DNA from: Candidatus Hadarchaeum sp.
GTDB taxonomy: Archaea > Hadarchaeota > Hadarchaeia > Hadarchaeales > Hadarchaeaceae
Assembly (NCBI RefSeq): GCF_038871235.1
Contig: NZ_JAVZIN010000007.1
Span: 22,404 to 86,403 of the forward strand
Direction: 5' to 3'
Length of the DNA: 64,000 bases
The notes below the pieces were generated by a model. The model was not told where the DNA came from. It saw only the letters and a program-made list of their open reading frames with translations, and searched no databases. The translations under genes were made by a program, and so were the position numbers. Numbering within the stretch: position 1 is the first letter of the stretch; every line of letters begins with the position of its first letter. Of this stretch, positions 58,176-64,000 are shown piece after piece.

Positions 58176-60110
58176 TTGCCTTTTTGTCATGAGTGTGGTG
58201 CCGAGGTTGACGGCAGGGCGAAGTTCTGTCCCGAGTGCGGTGCTAAGATTTTCGTTAAAATACCTTTCAAAAAACCACCAGTTTCAGGCACGGCGGTCGC
58301 ACTTCCAAGGATGGAAAAATGTCCGGAGATTCCATCAGCTGGTAAAACGAAAGGAAAGCGAAAGATTCTACCCTATATGGTTCTCTCCATATTAATCCTC
58401 ACCATGGTCGTCACAGCTGCGGTGGCATCGATGGAGGGCCAAAATCTACCCATGACGAGCTCCGTAACGAGTTCCACAACCACGATAACGAGCACTTACC
58501 CAAGCACCACGACCATGACTACCACATCGACGCACTTACTTGACAACAGGGTTGGAGGGATAATCCCTTATGACGGTGGTTATCCGACAGTTGCGTGGAT
58601 CACCTATGTTACCAAGGACGGGACCACCACCAGCATGGAAGCCTACTCCGGCTTGGTTGTCATCTTAGCGGAGAAGGGAACCACCGCTGCAGTAGTGTCG
58701 GCCGAGGTCGGCTCTCTCGGTGGGGAGCTAGTCCTTGAAGTTCCTATCTGCGGCTATTACTGGGCGCGCGTTGCTGCGGGTAAAGAAGCCGATTTCATCA
58801 GCCGCCTGAGGGGCAAATCTTGGGTGGCCGACGCCTTCCCCTGTGTTCCTATCGACTTGGCCCAAGGGGGAACCGTTTATGTGGACGCCGAGCAGACCAG
58901 CGGTTGGTTCTGGGACGCCTACGACTCCAATGCTCTCGACAGCAACCAAGTGATCATCGACGCTTGGTCCAACGACGGCTACACCACTCATGGCACCGAC
59001 GTCTCGCAGATCTCCAGCAGCTGCACGTCGTCGGCCACGGCCAGCAAGTCCGAGGTCGACATTTATTACCAGCCCAACGGCACGGGGCAGGGGTACATCA
59101 ATAGCGGTTCCATCATCCCCGCGATCGCCCTAGCCATGATTAACGCCAACGACGCCGACCGGGTGACGGCGATTAACCTTTCGATTGGGTACAAGGACGG
59201 CTTCAATGACGGCGTCGACCGGCACGGACTCGATAATCCGGACGTAGCCACGATCCAAGAGGGCGAGTATCAGTTCTTGGCGGAGATCCTCCACGGGATG
59301 GAGACCATGGGCCAGCCCTACCTCGACCACGTCCTGATATCAATCGCGGCCGGAAACATGGGCGTCGACCTCACCAAGAAACTGCAGCTCCTGCAGGAGC
59401 TGTACCCAAACGCTTGGGGTCACGTCATCATCGCAGGCGGCCTAGACGCTGACGGCAATCGCATCCGAACTTTTAACGATAGCGACAACCCGGACGACAT
59501 CATCTACGCGAAGATGCCGGGCGGCCTTTGGGGCACCTCGTTCACGGCCCCGCAGCTCACCTGCTTGGCCACGGCCTTGGCGGCGGCCCGGCCCGACCTG
59601 AGCAGCTGGCAGATCAAGAAAGCCATTCTCGAGGCGGCGCTGCCAAGCTTCGAGGGCTACCGGGTCATGCCGTCGCTGGCGGAGACCATGAAAAAGGCCG
59701 AGGAGCTCTTCCCGGAGGGGGAGCCCTTGCCCGACATGATGGGAACTTGGTCGGGATCCTATACAGCCAATGGTACTAATCCCAGAACTCCGTGGGCATA
59801 TAACGACGCGGGAGAGCTAACGTGGACCATCACCTCTGCAAGCGACTACTATTTTTCCGGGACCATTCACATAACCGGAATTCAGCTCCGCTGGGACCAG
59901 AGCGGGGAGATTTATGGATACACCTCGGCTACGGGGAGCATTTCCGGGAGCGTTTATGGGAGTGTGGTCGAGGGAGATTACTATTACTATGTACAGGAGA
60001 CCTCGAGTACCTCTCACTGGCACTTCACGGCGACATTGAGCAGGGGTACCCTGACCTGTAATCAGTCCGATTCTAAGACCTCGCTGTCTTTCACGTTAAC
60101 GCGCCAGTGA
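58176..60110 (+). CDS. Membrane-anchored subtilase (S8) with N-terminal zinc ribbon
   Basis: FC.ECG......KFCPECG, TM helix, S/T-rich linker; catalytic IID, HGT.V, AAGN, GTSFTAP. Confidence 0.85.
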   Translation: MPFCHECGAEVDGRAKFCPECGAKIFVKIPFKKPPVSGTAVALPRMEKCPEIPSAGKTKGKRKILPYMVLSILILTMVVTAAVASMEGQNLPMTSSVTSSTTTITSTYPSTTTMTTTSTHLLDNRVGGIIPYDGGYPTVAWITYVTKDGTTTSMEAYSGLVVILAEKGTTAAVVSAEVGSLGGELVLEVPICGYYWARVAAGKEADFISRLRGKSWVADAFPCVPIDLAQGGTVYVDAEQTSGWFWDAYDSNALDSNQVIIDAWSNDGYTTHGTDVSQISSSCTSSATASKSEVDIYYQPNGTGQGYINSGSIIPAIALAMINANDADRVTAINLSIGYKDGFNDGVDRHGLDNPDVATIQEGEYQFLAEILHGMETMGQPYLDHVLISIAAGNMGVDLTKKLQLLQELYPNAWGHVIIAGGLDADGNRIRTFNDSDNPDDIIYAKMPGGLWGTSFTAPQLTCLATALAAARPDLSSWQIKKAILEAALPSFEGYRVMPSLAETMKKAEELFPEGEPLPDMMGTWSGSYTANGTNPRTPWAYNDAGELTWTITSASDYYFSGTIHITGIQLRWDQSGEIYGYTSATGSISGSVYGSVVEGDYYYYVQETSSTSHWHFTATLSRGTLTCNQSDSKTSLSFTLTRQ

Positions 60111-60156
60111 ATAGCACCAAGCAAATGTTTATTTTGACCGATTACGAATATTACCT

Positions 60157-60478
60157 ATGGCAAAGCTGTTTCCTGCGGTTTTGGTAATAGCTATCGTGGT
60201 CGCTTTATCGGTGGTATTCTTTCTGTTACCAGGTCGTCCTAGCGCGAGTCAGACGCCCTCTAGCACGTCAGGTCAGTCAACTACCACAAGTCAGACATCC
60301 TCGTACACATCCAGCCCGGCGACTTCGAGCACGACAAGCCAGACTTCTTCGAGCACATCCGCACAGACCACGGCAGAATACGTGGTGGCTGAATATCTAC
60401 CCGGCGAGTATTCGGGGACCAAATCATCACTTAACTATGGAGAGGTGAACTACAATCTTCGATACGATTACAGCTTCA
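60157..60478 (+). pseudogene. Truncated membrane-anchored S/T-rich surface protein
   Basis: Signal/TM helix, S/T linker and the start of a Tyr-rich domain. The frame then runs into the antisense 3' end of the transglutaminase gene (ORF stop 60627). Confidence 0.55.
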
Positions 60479-62059
60479 GCGCTTTCTTGGCTTCAGGTTC
60501 GCGCCGCACTCCGTGCAGAACTTTGAGTCCGCCGGAACCTGAGCTTGGCATTTGGGACAGATCGCTAGGACCTTCGGCTCAGCTTCGGCGGCTGACTCGG
60601 GCTCTGGTTTTTCTTGCCTCTTCGTGATGATCATCCTTCGCCTTCGTGCTGAAGTTATCGCGCCGACTATCGCCACGATTACTATCGCCACCACGACGAA
60701 GGGTAGCATTTCCGTCAGCTCCGAGGGAATTGTAGGCCCGGTTGGAGTTGTCGTTTCGTAAGGTGAGGTGGTGGTTTCGGGTGTTGTCGTGTAGGTCGTT
60801 GTGGCCTCAGGATACTGCCAATTCACGAGACCATTATCAGCCATCCTTGACCAGACATAATAACCCACGCCACTTTCTTTGGCAGAGGTGTAGGTGTAAG
60901 TCTCCTGAGGGTTCAGGAAGATTATCTCGCTGAAGGCGTTGACCCAGCTCGACCACGTCCCATCTTGTAGTGTGGACCTTTTGACCAGCACGTTGTCCAA
61001 GAAAGGAATGGGCGAGATATTAGTGATGTTGAAATTCAGCTCGCTTCCCGCGGTCTCCAGCGACATCGCGACCGGAGTAACCTCATCGATGACTTCCCAG
61101 CCGGTGAGGACGATGCTGTAGTTGACGCCGGACTGTATTACTCCGGATCCGGGCGGAGCTTCCCTGTACCAGTAGTGCCAGCTTTCCTCACGAGACCTTG
61201 CGGTGGCAAGTTTGCGGGTATCTCCAATATCTCCCCAAGTAGGATCGACCGTCAGCCAGCCGTAGTTGGGAACCCAGACTTCAACCCAAGCGTGGCTCGT
61301 TGTTGTTTGTATTTCTTGGTAAAGGTTAGTCTCCTTGTTTTCCAATCCATAGCCCAGAACTCGGCGCGCCGGGAGGCCCACGGCCCGGCAGAATCCTATG
61401 AACAAGTTGGAGTAGTCGGTGCAGACGCCGGAGCGAACGCTCAGCATCTCGTTATCGGTCAGGTCCGGGATTTCTGCTCCGGATTGCCTCGCCGCCCATT
61501 TGGCCTCATCGTAGGAGACATTTTTCTTGATCCAATCGACGAATTTTGCGATGATTTTTGGAACGTCATTACCGGCCTCGCTCACCAGCTGCAGCGCTTG
61601 ATTGGTCACCTCAGCAGAAACGGTGACGTATTCGTCGGGCTGGAGATATTGAGCCAATTCCTCCTCCACCTTGGTCGGCAGGGGCTGGTGCGGCACGGCA
61701 GTGGTTTTTCCCAGATCAACCGTGACCACGAAGGTGCCGGTGTAGATATTGTTGGTGTAAATGGTCGTCGTCTCGACCACCCAAACGTACTTTCCATCGA
61801 TGGTTTGTATGTCGCCCTGATCCAGCGTCGCCTGCACTATCTGATAATCGGTTTGTATCGGGATGTCGTAAATTTCCGCGCGGATGGAGGTCCTGCCGGG
61901 GTAATAGTTTCCCTGCCAAGGCAGTTCAATTTTGTAACGTAACGTATACTTCACCGTGAGCGGTAGCCCCTCTTCGGCAGCTGCAACTGGTGGCGATGTC
62001 AAGCATCCCAGCACAACAACCAGCGCTAGGCAGATGAAAACAATGGTTAATTTTTTCGT
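60476..62059 (-). CDS. Secreted transglutaminase-like protein with C-terminal TM and zinc ribbon
   Basis: GVCTDYS, HAWVEVW and VDPTW triad, T-rich linker, TM, CPKC...KFCTECG. Frame extends upstream of 62014 into a signal peptide starting at ACG 62059. Confidence 0.85.
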   Translation of the reverse strand, partial: TKKLTIVFICLALVVVLGCLTSPPVAAAEEGLPLTVKYTLRYKIELPWQGNYYPGRTSIRAEIYDIPIQTDYQIVQATLDQGDIQTIDGKYVWVVETTTIYTNNIYTGTFVVTVDLGKTTAVPHQPLPTKVEEELAQYLQPDEYVTVSAEVTNQALQLVSEAGNDVPKIIAKFVDWIKKNVSYDEAKWAARQSGAEIPDLTDNEMLSVRSGVCTDYSNLFIGFCRAVGLPARRVLGYGLENKETNLYQEIQTTTSHAWVEVWVPNYGWLTVDPTWGDIGDTRKLATARSREESWHYWYREAPPGSGVIQSGVNYSIVLTGWEVIDEVTPVAMSLETAGSELNFNITNISPIPFLDNVLVKRSTLQDGTWSSWVNAFSEIIFLNPQETYTYTSAKESGVGYYVWSRMADNGLVNWQYPEATTTYTTTPETTTSPYETTTPTGPTIPSELTEMLPFVVVAIVIVAIVGAITSARRRRMIITKRQEKPEPESAAEAEPKVLAICPKCQAQVPADSKFCTECGANLKPRKR

Positions 62060-62129
62060 TAGATTACCTTAAGTCAATTAGCTCGCTGATAGTATTAAGG
62101 TTTGGTAAGCCCGGCCTACTTCTCACGGA

Positions 62130-62528
62130 CTATTTTTTGGGTTTCACTCGTGCCCCACACCTGGGGCAGAATTTAGAGTTCAACGGAATTCTCTCGTAGC
62201 AGTTGGGACAGATGGCCAGTACCAGCGCCTTCTCGGGCTTACGTTCACCTTCCTTGATGATCACCGCCTGTCCCCGGGCGGTGAGGATCTTCCAAGCCGT
62301 CAGCGAGAGTGCCTGTCGCTTATATTCCACGGTAATCACGGCGTTGGCCCCCATTTTCTGGGCTTTTTCCTTCAGCTTTTGGTTTACCTCTTCCAAAGTC
62401 GGTTCTCGCGAGAAGGCCGTGGTGGCATGGACCTTGGCCTGGACGGTTCCGATGACTTCGTATGGAACGGCAGGAGCTTCGGAGTAAATCCTGATTTTTG
62501 CCAGCTCTGCAGGGGTTTTCATTTGCAT
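62130..62528 (-). CDS. YbjQ-like (dodecin-like) domain protein with C-terminal zinc ribbon
   Basis: PYEVIG.V.A, L.EKA..MGANAVI, A.G.AV; CPNC...KFCPRCG. Confidence 0.8.
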   Translation of the reverse strand: MQMKTPAELAKIRIYSEAPAVPYEVIGTVQAKVHATTAFSREPTLEEVNQKLKEKAQKMGANAVITVEYKRQALSLTAWKILTARGQAVIIKEGERKPEKALVLAICPNCYERIPLNSKFCPRCGARVKPKK

Positions 62529-62777
62529 CTGATGACACTATTTTGGAGCTTGTTTATAACTTGGGTAGCTTAGGGATTGGTTTTCGCTCCGTACCGTTTC
62601 AATGCTGAGTTGTTACGCGTAGGTGATTTTCTGAGATCGCCTCTAGGTCATTTGTTTTATTTTTTGCACGACCCCAGCGAATTTTTTTTTAGGATCAACA
62701 GGGGCAAGTTGGTTATTTGAGTTATGTTCGGGACGGGCCTGCCTAAATCATATAAACGATTAGCTTCATTTTTTTAG

Positions 62778-63050
62778 ATGGAATGTGGTCGGATGGACAT
62801 CACGTTCATCATCGAGGTTGTTGTTTTGGCGGTGGAAATTTTGGTGATCGCTTTGGTCCTCGTCCATTTTCACAGGCTGGAGAAAAATACCGAGGCGGTA
62901 AACCGTCTCATCAAGAAGCTGGATGATCACATCAACGAGCTCGAACATGACTATGAACGCATTGAAAAATGTGTATCCAGATTGTGCCAGTCCGAGTCGC
63001 AGATATACGATTATCTGAAGAAGCACGGCAAAAAGCTCCAGCGCTCTTAA
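62778..63050 (+). CDS. Small membrane-anchored coiled-coil protein
   Basis: N-terminal hydrophobic helix followed by heptad repeats. Confidence 0.65.
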   Translation: MECGRMDITFIIEVVVLAVEILVIALVLVHFHRLEKNTEAVNRLIKKLDDHINELEHDYERIEKCVSRLCQSESQIYDYLKKHGKKLQRS

Positions 63051-63093
63051 TTTCGAGTCCGCTGAGCTTAGAGGATATTGGTTAATAATCACG

Positions 63094-63738
63094 TTGAATA
63101 AAGAATTAATGATGTCCGGGTGCCTGCAGGCGCTGTCCAAGATTCAGAGCTACTCGCGCGAGCTGGGCTTAGACCTCAGGAAACCGGAGGATCGGTTCAA
63201 GTGGTTCTTGGCCTCGCTGCTTTTTGCCAAGAGGATTTCCGCTAATGTGGCCAAGAAGACCTACCTGATGTTTGAGGCCGAGGGGCTGGTGACTCCGGAG
63301 GCGATCTTGGCCGCGGGCTGGGACAGGCTGGTTGAGGTCCTAGACGCCGCGGGATATGTGCGCTATGATTTTTCCACGGCCTCAACGCTTCTCGACACCG
63401 TGGGCAGGATCAAATCATTGGGTGGTCTCGATCGCCTGCACCAGATTTCAGATAACGCGAGGGATCTGGAGCGCAGGCTTCAGGAGCTGAAGGGGGTTGG
63501 TCCGGTGGCCTGCAACATCTTCCTGCGGGAACTGCGAGGGGTCTGGCCCAAGGCAAAACCCAGTCCCTCTAAGGTGGCCCTGCAGCTGGGCGAGAGCCTG
63601 GCGCTGTCCCGGCCCCAGGTCGAGCGGTTTGAATCAGCCTTAATCAGGGTTCATCTGGAATACTGCAAGCGGCGAAAATGCCTCAGTTGCCCCTTGGGAA
63701 AATATTGTCGGAACTTCACCCGGCCGAAGGAGAGATAG
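63094..63738 (+). CDS. HhH-GPD-superfamily-like protein with C-terminal Cys cluster
   Basis: FKWFLAS.LF..RI, VRYDFSTA, L.ELKGVGP..C.IFLREL HhH; tail C....C..CP....C. Confidence 0.8.
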   Translation: MNKELMMSGCLQALSKIQSYSRELGLDLRKPEDRFKWFLASLLFAKRISANVAKKTYLMFEAEGLVTPEAILAAGWDRLVEVLDAAGYVRYDFSTASTLLDTVGRIKSLGGLDRLHQISDNARDLERRLQELKGVGPVACNIFLRELRGVWPKAKPSPSKVALQLGESLALSRPQVERFESALIRVHLEYCKRRKCLSCPLGKYCRNFTRPKER

Positions 63739-63740
63739 TT

Positions 63741-63998
63741 TCATTCTATGATCGGCAATATTTCTGCCATGATGAAGTCGACGAACTCCTGCACCGTGGA
63801 TCTGCTGAAGAGGGTGACGACAACGTTTCTGGTGATACCCACGACCAGACCACGCTTGGCCACCTCCCAGACCACATACCACAGCTTCCCGTGCTCCAGA
63901 TATTCACGGTAGAGCTTGGTATCCGCCAACCCCGAGCCGGCCAGCGCCAGCTTACCCACGCCGGGAATGTCCACGTTATCGAACCAGATCAGCTTCGT
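63741..63998 (-). CDS. Hypothetical protein, 3' part (truncated by window edge)
   Basis: Frame open to the window end (TKLIWFDNVDIPGV...HGKLWYVV); natural composition. Confidence 0.7.
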   Translation of the reverse strand, partial: TKLIWFDNVDIPGVGKLALAGSGLADTKLYREYLEHGKLWYVVWEVAKRGLVVGITRNVVVTLFSRSTVQEFVDFIMAEILPIIE

Positions 63999-64000
63999 CG

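Noticed and set aside
58455-58535. Thr/Ser-rich low-complexity repeats (also near 60240-60370 and 60740-60810)
   Set aside because: They encode ordinary linkers of surface proteins and are not DNA-level repeats.
62722-62729. TTATGTTC half-site matching the proposed DUF134 motif
   Set aside because: No matching right half-site at the correct spacing.
57962-64000. Integrated element at tRNA-Gly
   Set aside because: No integrase, transposase, viral gene or duplicated tRNA 3' end seen in the window; cannot be excluded beyond the edge.
1-64000. CRISPR array, IS elements or selenoprotein read-through
   Set aside because: No regularly spaced repeats, terminal inverted repeats or transposase motifs seen. 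Redox motifs use Cys, and no in-frame TGA with continuing homology was noticed.

Overview
This is an archaeal chromosome segment. Evidence includes archaeal ThrRS, SRP54-L21e-Rpo4-DUF655, L40e-GGGP synthase, BHB-type tRNA introns and frequent TTG/GTG starts. A Hadarchaeota-like or similar anaerobic lineage is plausible but is only an inference. 0-29.7 kb is mostly housekeeping: a SerK-like kinase with ApgM, an MFS transporter, thrS, NMD3, ilvBHCD-leuCDB, ubiX, a site-2 protease, tmk, an HD hydrolase, the srp54 operon, an ATP-cone nuclease, hypF and porGDAB. 29.9-49.9 kb is a ~20 kb metal-homeostasis and oxidative-stress island. It holds a 7-Cys desulforedoxin-like microprotein missed by the ORF track, four ferritin-superfamily proteins, Grx with ferredoxin:disulfide reductase, a second 2-oxoacid oxidoreductase, two DtxR regulators with differently spaced operators, FeoB, two ZIPs, DUF134/DUF5320/NifX genes sharing a 20-bp palindrome, a Ptr2/LrpA-type regulator, peroxiredoxin, CopB, and the RNase P RNA gene. 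50-58 kb carries an eS26-like protein, GGGPS, L40e, NnrD, tRNA-Met, rpiA, five tandem CBS-domain genes and tRNA-Gly with a D-loop intron. The 46-nt tRNA-Met intron appears to hold a minimal D/C-box guide for its own C34. 58-64 kb is an accessory region of zinc-ribbon-tagged surface enzymes (subtilase, transglutaminase). No CRISPR array, integrase or transposase was seen. All calls come from motif recognition by eye; no searches were run.
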